From the NCBI GenBank assembly GCA_900554365.1, contig USGY01000001.1:27214-91213 (forward strand): DNA of 64,000 nt, written 5' to 3'. Below are positions 54,635 to 64,000 of this stretch, one piece after another (position 1 is the stretch's first letter; the number at the start of each line of letters is the position of its first letter). Below the pieces are notes generated by a model. It ran no database searches. It had not been told where the DNA came from and saw only the letters and a list, made by a program, of their open reading frames with translations. Both the position numbers and the translations under genes were made by a program. This DNA is from an uncultured Clostridium sp. (GTDB taxonomy: Bacteria; Bacillota; Clostridia; TANB77; CAG-508).

Positions 54635-56242
54635 TTTATATTCTTTAGGATTTACATATAAAGTATGATAATCAGTATAAATTACCATTCCTGGATTAGA
54701 TCCTTTAGGTTTTTTTACAAATCTGGCTTCACAAGTATCTACAGGAACATTAGAAGAAAGTCTAGCTTTACTATGAAATGCTGTTATTTCTGCACATTTT
54801 ATAATTGTACTTTCATCAGGAGTTTTATTATCTAAAACTAAAATAGCATGACTTCCATGTATATCTTTAGTGTGAAACCATATATCAGTTTTATGAGCAT
54901 ATTTTAGAGTTAGATAATCATTTTCTTTATTATTTCTTCCTACTAAAAATTTAAAACCATCAATATTGTATTTTAATGGATTAAAAGTAATTGAATTATT
55001 TTTAACTAACTTATTTTGTTTGAATTTATTTGATTTATTCTTTTTTATATTTTTCCTTTTTTCTTCAAAAATATTATTTTCAGATATTTCATATAAAATA
55101 GAAGAAATGTCTGAAATAGAAGTTGCATATTCTAATTCATAAATTATGCTTTCAATATAATTTAAATCTTTTATAGTTTCTTTTTTCTGTTCAGTTACAA
55201 CTTCTAAAGCATTTTTTAATTTATGATATTTTTTAAAAAATCTTTTTGCATTTATGTTTGGAGTGTATTTACTGTCTAAAGGTATTTTTATTAAATTATT
55301 ATTATCATAATAATTTTCAAGTTCAATTTCTTTGATATTTTTATTTGGAATTTTGTATAAATTAGCAGTTATTAATTCTCCATATATTTTATAAATATCC
55401 ATATTTTCGCAATCTTTTAATTTTTGATTGATATTTTCTAATCTTTTTTTATATTTTTTTTGTGTTAATAAAATAGGCCTTAATACATTATTTCTTGCAT
55501 TTTTCAATTCTTCCATAGTTTCTTTAGAATAATAAAAATCATCTAAGGCAAAGTTTAAATGAAATTTAGAAAATTCTTTATCTGAAGGTACTAGAAAATA
55601 ATTTTTATCTTCAATATTTAAATCTAATTTAAAAGAATTTGTTCTATCAATAATATCATTTAAATAATTATCTATTTTTTGTTGTTCCGTGGTATTTAGC
55701 TTTTTTGATATAAAATCTATATATTTTTTACTTACATTGTAATTTGTATTAATACTTGGATATGCATATTTTATATGTGGAATTGCAATATGTGTAGCAT
55801 TCTCATTATTTATACGTTTTAAACAATCAATAATAATTCCTTCATCATTTAATAAAATGATATTACAATGCTTTCCCATTAATTCTATGATTAGTTTTGA
55901 TGTTATAATATCATCTACATCATCAAATCCTTCTAATTCGATAGTCACAATACGCTCTAATCCTTGTGTTATTATATTTTTTATACGCAAACCAATAATA
56001 TGTTTACGAAGGACCATACAGAAATTAGGGGCTATTTTAGGGTTACTTTTTGGATGTGTTGTTAAGTGAATTCTGTAGTTTTGAGGATTTATACATATAT
56101 TTAATGCATAATTTATCCCATCTAAATAAAGCCCTAAAACAATTGTTGATGAATTAGGCTGAAAAATCTTATCTATTCTAGCTCCTTTTAATAATTGAAG
56201 TTCAGAAGCTATTGCTTTTGTTGTTATTCCGTCAAATGCCAT
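54632..56242 (-). CDS. rqcH: NFACT-family ribosome quality-control protein (RqcH / fibronectin-binding protein A homologue)
   Basis: N-terminus MAFDGITTKAIASEL...RIDKIFQP, a central coiled coil, and a C-terminal NFACT-R/DUF814 region (FLVGRNNKENDYLT...DIWFHTKDIHGSH). Start at M16 of the track ORF. Confidence 0.85.
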   Translation of the reverse strand: MAFDGITTKAIASELQLLKGARIDKIFQPNSSTIVLGLYLDGINYALNICINPQNYRIHLTTHPKSNPKIAPNFCMVLRKHIIGLRIKNIITQGLERIVTIELEGFDDVDDIITSKLIIELMGKHCNIILLNDEGIIIDCLKRINNENATHIAIPHIKYAYPSINTNYNVSKKYIDFISKKLNTTEQQKIDNYLNDIIDRTNSFKLDLNIEDKNYFLVPSDKEFSKFHLNFALDDFYYSKETMEELKNARNNVLRPILLTQKKYKKRLENINQKLKDCENMDIYKIYGELITANLYKIPNKNIKEIELENYYDNNNLIKIPLDSKYTPNINAKRFFKKYHKLKNALEVVTEQKKETIKDLNYIESIIYELEYATSISDISSILYEISENNIFEEKRKNIKKNKSNKFKQNKLVKNNSITFNPLKYNIDGFKFLVGRNNKENDYLTLKYAHKTDIWFHTKDIHGSHAILVLDNKTPDESTIIKCAEITAFHSKARLSSNVPVDTCEARFVKKPKGSNPGMVIYTDYHTLYVNPKEYK

Positions 56243-56306
56243 TAAAATCTGTCCTTTCTTATAAATTTTGTAAATATATTTTAACATAAAAATAATAAAA
56301 AATCTA

Positions 56307-56335
56307 TTGATTAAAAAAATTCTTAAGTGTATAAT
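56307..56335 (+). promoter_or_regulatory. Sigma-A promoter with extended -10 (TTGATT, 17-nt spacer, TGTATAAT)
   Basis: Motif match. Sits upstream of the DnaB-like gene. Confidence 0.5.
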
Positions 56336-56365
56336 GAGACTGAGATTGTAAGCAAGGAGAATAAA

Positions 56366-58105
56366 ATGGAAGATAATAAAATAAAAAAAATTTATGAAAT
56401 TTTAAATAATATACCAGTTACAGAAGATAATGCGGATTTAATAGAAGAAATAAGAGAAGAATTATTAAACCAAGATTATATGGCTGCCTTAAGTAAAATT
56501 AAGGAACTAAACGAAATTCAAAGTAAACAAAGAGAAGATACATCAAATTATATAGAAAAAGAAGATGATGAGGAGGATCAAGGGATATATCCTAAACAAT
56601 TAAGCAATATTCCATTAGAAAGATTATATATTGGAATTTTATTAAATGATCCAAAACAAATTGTAAAATATTATTTTAAATTTGATGAATGCTATTTTGA
56701 AGATCCTAATGTTTTAAATGCATATAAAAGTGTACTATTTACAGAAGGTGGAGCATATAGCTCAGAAGAAGCTAAACAAGATTTTAACTTTGCACGTGAT
56801 AATGAAGAAAGTTATAGATTTAAATCTGAGGTAAAAGCAGAAGTTGCAGATGAAGTTTATGATATGGAAAAAATATATGTTGATTTGAAAAAATTATTTG
56901 TATTAAGAAAAAATTATTTAGCTGTTCCAATAAAAAGTATTCAAGAAAAAATTATAGAAATAACACAATATACTTTATATGATAAAATGTCTGTAGAAGA
57001 GGTTAAAAGTGCTGTCCAACAGGTAAATGACACTGAAAAGTTTAAAAGAGCAATTTTAAATACAGACCTTACAAATTTTTTAGAAGCAGGAGATAATAAT
57101 TTAAGAAATGGATTATCTTTACCATTTCCTATTATGACAAAAGTATTCAAAGGAATAAGAAAAGGTGAAACAATGGCTTTAGCAATGCCATCAAACTGTG
57201 GTAAAAGTAGGCTAACAATAGATATAGCAGCACATATAGCATTAGTTCATAAAAAGAAAGTGCTTATTATATCAAATGAGATGTCAGAAGAAAAAATGAG
57301 ACTTTGTTTTATAACAACAATTATAAATAATAAAGCAATTCAAGAATTACATGGACAAAAAGACTTAAGGAAAACCGAAGGTGAATTATTAGAGTTTAAG
57401 TTTAGAGCAGATAATCCAAATGAAACTAAAGTTGATGAAGATGGCTTTATTGTTAGAATGCCTAATGAAAAACAATCAGAATTTGTAAAAAGACTTTTAA
57501 AAGAATCAACAGAATTTAAAAAAGTTATAGCAGTAACAGATTGGGCTAATAAAGAAACAAGAAATTCAATATATTTTATTAATATAACAGACCATACAAA
57601 CGACGAATTGAAAAAGGTAATTATGAATTATTATTACAAAGAACAAATTGAATATGTATTTTATGATACATTAAAAGCAGATATTGCAAATATAGGAAAT
57701 GGAGAAGAAGTAAAGAAAACTGCAACAATATTATCAAATCTCGCACAAAATTTTGATATGTATATTTGTTCAACACTTCAATTACTAGAAAGTAATACAT
57801 TACCTGTAAACTTAAATGTTAATGATTTATCAGCTAGTAGAACAGTAAAAGAGGTATTAGACACATTAAGCCTTATAAAACCAATAAATAGAGATACTTT
57901 ACAAAATTATGAATATTCATTAGAAGAAGTTGATACAAAATTTTATGATTTAAAAAAGGAAAAAGATCCTGATATTAGATATTATGCTTGTGTAATAGAT
58001 AAAAACAGGGCTGGTGCAAAACCTACATTAGTATTTAAATTGAATTTGGCATATAATGTGTGGGAAGAATTAGGATATTTAAGATTAAAACAAAATAATA
58101 ATTAA
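56366..58105 (+). CDS. DnaB-like helicase paralogue with an atypical P-loop
   Basis: A DnaB N-domain-like region (PLERLYIGILLNDPKQI...FEDPNVLNAYKSVLF) and a RecA-like C-domain (GETMALAMPSNCGKSRLTIDIA, VFYDTLK). The start at 56366 follows AAGGAG. Confidence 0.7.
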   Translation: MEDNKIKKIYEILNNIPVTEDNADLIEEIREELLNQDYMAALSKIKELNEIQSKQREDTSNYIEKEDDEEDQGIYPKQLSNIPLERLYIGILLNDPKQIVKYYFKFDECYFEDPNVLNAYKSVLFTEGGAYSSEEAKQDFNFARDNEESYRFKSEVKAEVADEVYDMEKIYVDLKKLFVLRKNYLAVPIKSIQEKIIEITQYTLYDKMSVEEVKSAVQQVNDTEKFKRAILNTDLTNFLEAGDNNLRNGLSLPFPIMTKVFKGIRKGETMALAMPSNCGKSRLTIDIAAHIALVHKKKVLIISNEMSEEKMRLCFITTIINNKAIQELHGQKDLRKTEGELLEFKFRADNPNETKVDEDGFIVRMPNEKQSEFVKRLLKESTEFKKVIAVTDWANKETRNSIYFINITDHTNDELKKVIMNYYYKEQIEYVFYDTLKADIANIGNGEEVKKTATILSNLAQNFDMYICSTLQLLESNTLPVNLNVNDLSASRTVKEVLDTLSLIKPINRDTLQNYEYSLEEVDTKFYDLKKEKDPDIRYYACVIDKNRAGAKPTLVFKLNLAYNVWEELGYLRLKQNNN

Positions 58106-58132
58106 AGACTTTTTATAAGAACGGAGAAGAGT

Positions 58133-59020
58133 ATGGAATTAATAAATTTCTTTGCAACAGATGGTGTTGAATTAAATGGAGTGTTATATACAAGTCAAGG
58201 ACAACCTAGTAAAAAGATTATTTTAGCTTTACATGGAATGACAAGTAATTGCTTTAAAAAAAGAGAATCTGAAATAGCTAAAGAGGCAAATAAAAACGGT
58301 ATAGATTTTTTTGTCTTTAATAACAGAGGTAGTGAAATTGTAAAATATATTCAAAAAAATATAAATGGAAAAAAGCAAAAAGAACTAGCAGGAACAGCTT
58401 ATGAAGATGTTTTAGAAGGATATGAAGACATATTAGGTGCAATTCAAAAGCTAAAAGAGTTAGGATACAAAAATATTTATTTACAAGGACATAGTTTGGG
58501 ATGTACTAAAATTGTATATACATATAACAAATTATTAGAACAAAACAATATAGAAATGTTAAATCTCATAAAAGGAATAATATTATTATCTTTAGTAGAT
58601 ATTCCATTAGCAATAAAAGTATATTTAAAAGATAAATATATTAAATATTTAGAATATGCTGAAAATAAAGAAAAAAGTGGAAAAGGTCTAGAATTGATGC
58701 CCAAAGAAGCTTTTATACATCCTATAAGTGTAAAAACATTTTTACGCTATGTTAGAGATAATCAAGAAATTGATTTTGCAAATTATGGAAGAAATGATAA
58801 TTTGGAAAAATTAAATAATATAAACACTCCATTATTTATGAGATGGGGAAATGATAATGAAATGATTATTCAAAAAGCTGATGAGTTAGCAACAATGGTA
58901 AATAATATTATAAAAAATCCAAATAAAGATATTAATTATATAGATGGTGCAAATCACAGTTATGATAAAAAAGAAACAGATGTTGCAAAACAAATAATAA
59001 ATTTTGTTAACAAGTATTAA
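58133..59020 (+). CDS. Alpha/beta hydrolase
   Basis: 295 aa. Nucleophile elbow GHSLGC, oxyanion-hole region LALHGM, and a C-terminal DGANHSY (His of the triad). Confidence 0.75.
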   Translation: MELINFFATDGVELNGVLYTSQGQPSKKIILALHGMTSNCFKKRESEIAKEANKNGIDFFVFNNRGSEIVKYIQKNINGKKQKELAGTAYEDVLEGYEDILGAIQKLKELGYKNIYLQGHSLGCTKIVYTYNKLLEQNNIEMLNLIKGIILLSLVDIPLAIKVYLKDKYIKYLEYAENKEKSGKGLELMPKEAFIHPISVKTFLRYVRDNQEIDFANYGRNDNLEKLNNINTPLFMRWGNDNEMIIQKADELATMVNNIIKNPNKDINYIDGANHSYDKKETDVAKQIINFVNKY

Positions 59021-59050
59021 TAACAATCAAGAGAAAGGAACAATAACAAA

Positions 59051-60119
59051 ATGGCAAATATTTTTGATTATATGGATTGGAGAGATATTAGTTTAGAAAA
59101 AGTAGAATTTAATGAAATTGATAATCTTATTTTAGCAAGACTATCTTATTTTCCTTTAGATGGAACTATTGATGATAAAGAAGAAATTACTTTAAAAGCA
59201 GCATATTATAAAATGCAAAGATTAGGAACAACGGGAAGAATATTACAAGCAGAAGATGTTGAATTATATCCTAGACTTGCCAATAGTGTAAGATTTGGAA
59301 AAGTAAAGTTAACAGAGTTTGTAAACAAAGTTGATCCAGTAGCTGAAAAACAATTTTCTGCAGTTACTGTATTGCTTCCTGATGATACAATATATGTGGC
59401 ATATAGAGGAACTGATAATACAATAGTTGGATGGAAAGAGGATTTCAACATGAGCTTTAGTGATTTAGTTGCATCACAAACAGAAGCGGTAAATTACTTA
59501 GAAAAAATAGCAAATAAATATCCTAAAAAAAGAATGCGTATAGGCCGGACATTCTAAAGGTGGAAATTTAGCTATTTATGCAGCTGTATTTTGTAATTCA
59601 AAAATTCAAGATAGAATTATAAAAGTATATAATAATGATGGACCAGGATTTTCAGATAAAGTTGTGGAAAGTCCTGAATATACTAAAATGATAAAAAAAG
59701 TACATACATATATTCCACAAACTTCAATAATAGGAAGATTGTTAAATCATAAAGAAGAAACTACAATAATAAAAAGTACTCAAATGGGAATAATGCAACA
59801 TGATTTATATTCTTGGCAGGTGTTAGGAGATAAGTTTGTACGAGATGAATTAACCAATTCAAGTGAATTTATAGACAAAAAAATAACTAATTGGCTTCGT
59901 GATGTAAGTCCTGAACAAAGAGGAGAATTTTTTGATGTATTATTTGAAATATTAAATGCAACAAATGCCAAAACATTATCAGAAATCAGTAGTAATTGGT
60001 TTTCTAGTGCGAAAGCAATGCTTACAACATATAAAAATTTAGACCCTGAAAGTAAAAAAGTATTAATAGAAACTCTAAAAAATTTAGGAACAGCATCAAC
60101 AAAAGATAATGATAAATAA
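59051..60119 (+). pseudogene. DUF2974-family (lipase-like) alpha/beta hydrolase, interrupted by a +1 frameshift at the nucleophile elbow
   Basis: The first frame stops at 59557. The +1 frame from 59547 reads GHSKGGNLAIYAAVFCN...VYNNDGPGF and joins track ORF 59664-60119. The extra C is at 59546. Confidence 0.75.
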
Positions 60120-60168
60120 AATTGACCATTCATCCTAATTGAAAAAATAATTTATTAAATATATAATG

Positions 60169-60199
60169 TGAACATCGAAAAAACGATGTTCATTTTTTT
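60169..60199 (+). terminator. Rho-independent terminator
   Basis: Stem GAACATCG/CGATGTTC followed by T7. Confidence 0.7.
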
Positions 60200-60223
60200 A
60201 GAATTTTAAGGAGGAATGGTCCT

Positions 60224-61084
60224 TTGATTATAGATAAAATAAGAGAAGCTAATCAAAAAGAAACAATTAGAATAAAAAACGAAAAAGCATCAGATAAAAT
60301 GATAGGAAAATGGGTTAAATGCGAAAATTGTAAGGATATTATTTATAAAGAAGATCTACATAACAACTTAAGCATATGCCCAAATTGTGGTAAACATTTT
60401 AGATTATCTGCAAGAAGAAGAATAAAGCAAATTGCAGATGAAGGCACCTTTGAAGAAATTGGAAAAGATATATTAACTAAAGATCCATTAAAGTTTGATG
60501 GATATTTAAAAAAGGTAGAAAGCTTGAAAGAAAAAACAAAAATTGATGAAGCAATAACTTGTGGAATATGCAAAATAGAGGGGCAAAAAGTTGTTTTAGG
60601 AGTTATGGATGGGAATTTTTTAATGGGAAGTATGGGATCCGCTGTTGGTGAAAAAATAGTTTTGGCTGCTGAAACATCTTTAAAAGAAAAATTACCTCTT
60701 ATTTTATTTTGCGTATCTGGTGGTGCAAGAATGCAAGAAGGAATAATATCTTTAATGCAAATGGCAAGAACATCAAGAGCAATTGCAAAATTAGGAGAAG
60801 GAGGAATTTTATATATATCTGTATTAACAGATCCTACAACAGGTGGAGTAACAGCAAGTTTTGCAAGTTTGGGTGATATTATTTTAGCTGAGCCAAATGC
60901 TTTAATAGGTTTTGCTGGTCCAAGAGTAATTGAACAAACAATAAAGCAAAAATTACCAGACGGATTCCAAAGATCAGAATTTTTACTTGAAAGAGGATTT
61001 ATTGATAAAATAGTAGAAAGAAAAGATATGAAGAGTACTTTAGCTAAACTTATAAGATTACATACAAGTGAGGTGAAACAATAA
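60224..61084 (+). CDS. accD: Acetyl-CoA carboxylase carboxyltransferase subunit beta
   Basis: Zn-ribbon CENC...CPNCGKHFR and the GGARMQEG motif. TTG start 9 nt after AGGAGG. Confidence 0.93.
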   Translation: MIIDKIREANQKETIRIKNEKASDKMIGKWVKCENCKDIIYKEDLHNNLSICPNCGKHFRLSARRRIKQIADEGTFEEIGKDILTKDPLKFDGYLKKVESLKEKTKIDEAITCGICKIEGQKVVLGVMDGNFLMGSMGSAVGEKIVLAAETSLKEKLPLILFCVSGGARMQEGIISLMQMARTSRAIAKLGEGGILYISVLTDPTTGGVTASFASLGDIILAEPNALIGFAGPRVIEQTIKQKLPDGFQRSEFLLERGFIDKIVERKDMKSTLAKLIRLHTSEVKQ

Positions 61085-61866
61085 TGATTTCAGCATGGGA
61101 TAAAGTAATGCTTGCAAGACAATTAGAAAGACCAAAAGCATTAGACTATATAAATTCAATATTTGATGATTTTATAGAATTACATGGAGATAGAAAATTT
61201 GGAGATGACAAAGCTATTGTTGGCGGTATAGCAACATTAAATGGAATGCCTGTAACAGTTATTGGTGAGCAAAAAGGAAAAAATGTAAAAGAAAATATGG
61301 AAAGAAATTTTGGAATGCCAGAACCAGAAGGATATAGAAAAGCATTAAGATTAATGGAACAAGCAGAAAAATTTAAAAGACCAATTATTACATTTATAGA
61401 TACACCAGGTGCTTATCCTGGAATGGGAGCAGAAGAAAGAGGACAAGGAGAAGCTATTGCAACAAATATAATGAAAATGTCAAGATTGAAAGTTCCAATT
61501 ATATGTGTAGTTATAGGTGAAGGCTCAAGTGGTGGAGCTTTGGCTATTGGAGTAGGTGATAGATTAGTAATGTTAGGTAATGCAGTATATTCAATATTGT
61601 CACCTGAAGGATTTGCAAGTATTTTATATAAAGACTCAAGTAAAGCCAAAGATGCAGCAAAAAATATGAAAATAACAGCTCAAGACTTAAAAAAATTTGG
61701 AATAGTAGATAAAATTATTGATGAACCTGAAAATGGAGCTCAAAATGATTTTGAAAGAATAATAAAAGACTTAAAAGAGTATTTAGAAAATAGCATAAAT
61801 GAATTACAAAAGTTTGATGTAAAAGAATTACTTGAAAATAGAAATTTAGAAAATTTAAATATATAA
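61084..61866 (+). CDS. accA: Acetyl-CoA carboxylase carboxyltransferase subunit alpha (short clostridial form)
   Basis: [27 protein letters not shown] and [10 protein letters not shown]. The ATG overlaps the accD stop. Confidence 0.93.
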   Translation: MISAWDKVMLARQLERPKALDYINSIFDDFIELHGDRKFGDDKAIVGGIATLNGMPVTVIGEQKGKNVKENMERNFGMPEPEGYRKALRLMEQAEKFKRPIITFIDTPGAYPGMGAEERGQGEAIATNIMKMSRLKVPIICVVIGEGSSGGALAIGVGDRLVMLGNAVYSILSPEGFASILYKDSSKAKDAAKNMKITAQDLKKFGIVDKIIDEPENGAQNDFERIIKDLKEYLENSINELQKFDVKELLENRNLENLNI

Positions 61867-61889
61867 AAAGAATTAAGGAGGAATTTTAA

Positions 61890-62660
61890 ATGATTTTAAA
61901 AGGAAAAAAAGTAGTTATTATGGGAGTTAGAAATAAGTGGAGTATTGCATGGGGAGCTGCAAGATCAGCTTATGAACAAGGTGCAGAAGTAATTTGTACA
62001 TCAGCAGAAGAAAATGTAGAAAAAGTAAAAAAATTGTTAGAAGAATTACCAGGTGCAAGTGTATATGCTTTAGGAGATGTTAGCGTAGATGAAAATATTG
62101 ATAAATGTTTAGATGAAATAAAAAAGGATCATGGAAAAATTGATGGTATTTTACATGCGATAGCTCACGCTTATACAGACGATTTAAGAAATGATTTTAT
62201 ATTAACATCAAGAGAAGGTTTTGCACATGCTTTAGATGTAAGTAGTTATTCTTTAACAGCAATAGTTAGAAAAGCAATAGAAAAAGATATGTTAAATGAA
62301 GGTGCAAGTATTGTTGCATATACATATTATGGCTCAGAAAAAGTTGTTGAAGGTTATAATATAATGGGGGTTGCTAAAGCAGCTTTAGAAACAAGTATTA
62401 GATATTTAGCAGAAGATCTTGGTAAAAAAGGATTTAGAATTAATGGAATTTCTGCAGGACCAATAAAAACTTTATCAGCTAAAGGAATTAAAGATTTTGG
62501 TTCAATATTAACAGTTGTTGAAGAAAAAGCACCATTACATAAAAATGTAACAACAAATCAAGTTGGAGACGCAACAGCATTTTTATTTAGTGATATGTCA
62601 AGTGCAATTACTGGAGAAGTTATTCATGTAGATAATGGATTTTCAATTATGGGAGTATAA
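61890..62660 (+). CDS. fabI: Enoyl-[acyl-carrier-protein] reductase (NADH), FabI type
   Basis: SIAWG, Y..MGVAKAALE (Y-x6-K catalytic region) and ISAGPIKT. Confidence 0.93.
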   Translation: MILKGKKVVIMGVRNKWSIAWGAARSAYEQGAEVICTSAEENVEKVKKLLEELPGASVYALGDVSVDENIDKCLDEIKKDHGKIDGILHAIAHAYTDDLRNDFILTSREGFAHALDVSSYSLTAIVRKAIEKDMLNEGASIVAYTYYGSEKVVEGYNIMGVAKAALETSIRYLAEDLGKKGFRINGISAGPIKTLSAKGIKDFGSILTVVEEKAPLHKNVTTNQVGDATAFLFSDMSSAITGEVIHVDNGFSIMGV

Positions 62661-62678
62661 ATAAACATATAAAAAAAG

Positions 62679-62711
62679 TGTTAACATTACTTTATGTTAG
62701 CATTTTTTTTT
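62679..62711 (+). terminator. Rho-independent terminator after fabI
   Basis: 9-bp stem TGTTAACAT/ATGTTAGCA (one G-U pair) then T9. Confidence 0.6.
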
Positions 62712-62786
62712 GTTTTTCCTACTAAAAACCTTTAAAAAAGTGACAAAATGTTATACAATATTGTAAAATTAGATTAGGAGAGTTTT

Positions 62787-64000
62787 ATGAATAAAAAATG
62801 GCAGATATGTGAATGTGACAAAGAAAAGGTTGAAAATATAAAAAATAAATATAATCTAAATAGTTTGCTTGCTACTATTTTGGTTAACAAAAATATAATA
62901 GATAAAGAAAAAATAAGATTATTTTTGGAGCCAAATAGAAATGATTTTTATGATCCTTATTTAATTAATGATATGGATATTGCAACAGATAGAATAATAA
63001 AAGCAATTAATAATCAGGAAAAAGTAATAATATATGGAGATTATGATGTCGATGGAATTACTAGTATAGCAGTTTTAAAAAGCTTTTTAAAAGATGTAGG
63101 GTTACAAGCTTCATATTATATACCAAATAGATTAGAAGAAGGATATGGATTAAATAAAGATGCAATAAATAAAATTGCTGAGCAAGGATATACTTTAATG
63201 ATAACAGTAGATTGTGGTATTACTGCAATTGAAGAAGTAGAATATGCTAATTCTTTAGGAATAGAAACAATTATAACAGATCACCATGAACCAGGAGAAG
63301 AATTGCCAAATGCATTAGCAGTTATAGATAATAAAAGAAAAGATAGTAAATATCCTTTTAGAGAGCTTGCAGGAGTTGGAGTTGCATTTAAAGTTTCACA
63401 GGCATTGAGTAAAAAATTAAATTTAAAAGAAGAAACATATTTGAAATATTTGGATATAGTATGTGTAGGAACAATTTCTGATATTGTTCCACTAGTTGAT
63501 GAAAATAGAGTTATTACTAAATTGGGAATGTTACTTGTAAAACAAACTAAGAACTTAGGATTGAGATCAATTTTAAATTCATCAGGATATCGTCAAATTA
63601 ATTCCATGGCAATTTCTTTTGGTGTAGCTCCTAGAATAAATGCTTGTGGTAGATTAGGAGATGCTGAAGAAGCTTTAAAACTACTACTTTCAACAGATAT
63701 ATATGAAGTAAATAAGCTAACTAATAAATTAAATGAACATAATAGGCAAAGACAAGAAATAGAAAAATCAATAAGTAAAGAAGCTATTGAGAAAATTGAA
63801 AATGAAAAGTTAAATGAAAATAGAACAATAGTCGTCGGAGGAAAGAACTGGCATCATGGAGTAATTGGAATAGTTTCATCAAAAATAACTGAAAAATATT
63901 TTAAACCAAGCATTTTATTAAGTTTAGAAGAAAATGGAATAGCCAAAGGTTCAGGTAGAAGCATACCAGGTTTTGATTTACATGAAGCATTAATGAAATG
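62787..64000 (+). CDS. recJ: Single-stranded-DNA-specific exonuclease RecJ (N-terminal ~404 codons; continues past the window end)
   Basis: Missing from the ORF track because no stop falls inside the window. ATG after AGGAGAG. DHH motifs IYGDYDVDGITS, ITVDCGI and ITDHHEP. Confidence 0.9.
   Translation, partial: MNKKWQICECDKEKVENIKNKYNLNSLLATILVNKNIIDKEKIRLFLEPNRNDFYDPYLINDMDIATDRIIKAINNQEKVIIYGDYDVDGITSIAVLKSFLKDVGLQASYYIPNRLEEGYGLNKDAINKIAEQGYTLMITVDCGITAIEEVEYANSLGIETIITDHHEPGEELPNALAVIDNKRKDSKYPFRELAGVGVAFKVSQALSKKLNLKEETYLKYLDIVCVGTISDIVPLVDENRVITKLGMLLVKQTKNLGLRSILNSSGYRQINSMAISFGVAPRINACGRLGDAEEALKLLLSTDIYEVNKLTNKLNEHNRQRQEIEKSISKEAIEKIENEKLNENRTIVVGGKNWHHGVIGIVSSKITEKYFKPSILLSLEENGIAKGSGRSIPGFDLHEALMK

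Overview
Chromosomal segment from a very AT-rich (by eye well under 30% G+C) endospore-forming Firmicute, probably class Clostridia. I found no tRNA, rRNA, CRISPR array, transposase or integrase. Most genes are housekeeping or sporulation genes: fhs (5' truncated), uvrA, gpr, ytxC-like, a GH57 glucan-branching enzyme with a DUF4912 partner, pfk, valS behind a T-box leader, spoIIAA-spoIIAB-sigF, spoIID, a SpoIIQ-like M23 peptidase, lexA, two ABC exporter half-transporters, a BI-1/YccA protein, addA, rqcH, a DnaB-like paralogue, two alpha/beta hydrolases, accD-accA-fabI and recJ (3' truncated, missing from the ORF track). The stand-out region is 13.3-37.6 kb. A 3431-aa surface protein anchored at both ends is followed by an apparent 11-gene operon (23858-37579). 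That operon encodes two more membrane-anchored repeat proteins (1926 aa and 526 aa) and a complete but aberrant F-type ATPase-like module. The module has a c-like proteolipid with no membrane carboxylate, a b/delta-like fusion, a shortened alpha, a gamma, a catalytically intact beta and an epsilon without its inhibitory C-terminal helices. It has no recognisable a subunit; instead it ends with a 5-TM protein and another TM-anchored ectodomain protein. I read this as a candidate ATP-hydrolysis-driven F1-like motor dedicated to giant surface proteins. The described parallel is the mollicute F1-like Type 2/3 ATPases, and to my knowledge nothing similar has been reported in spore formers. Separately, sigF, addA and a DUF2974 hydrolase each carry a +1 frameshift caused by an extra C directly before a GG(A/T) glycine codon. 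This could be a systematic sequence artefact or recent pseudogenisation.
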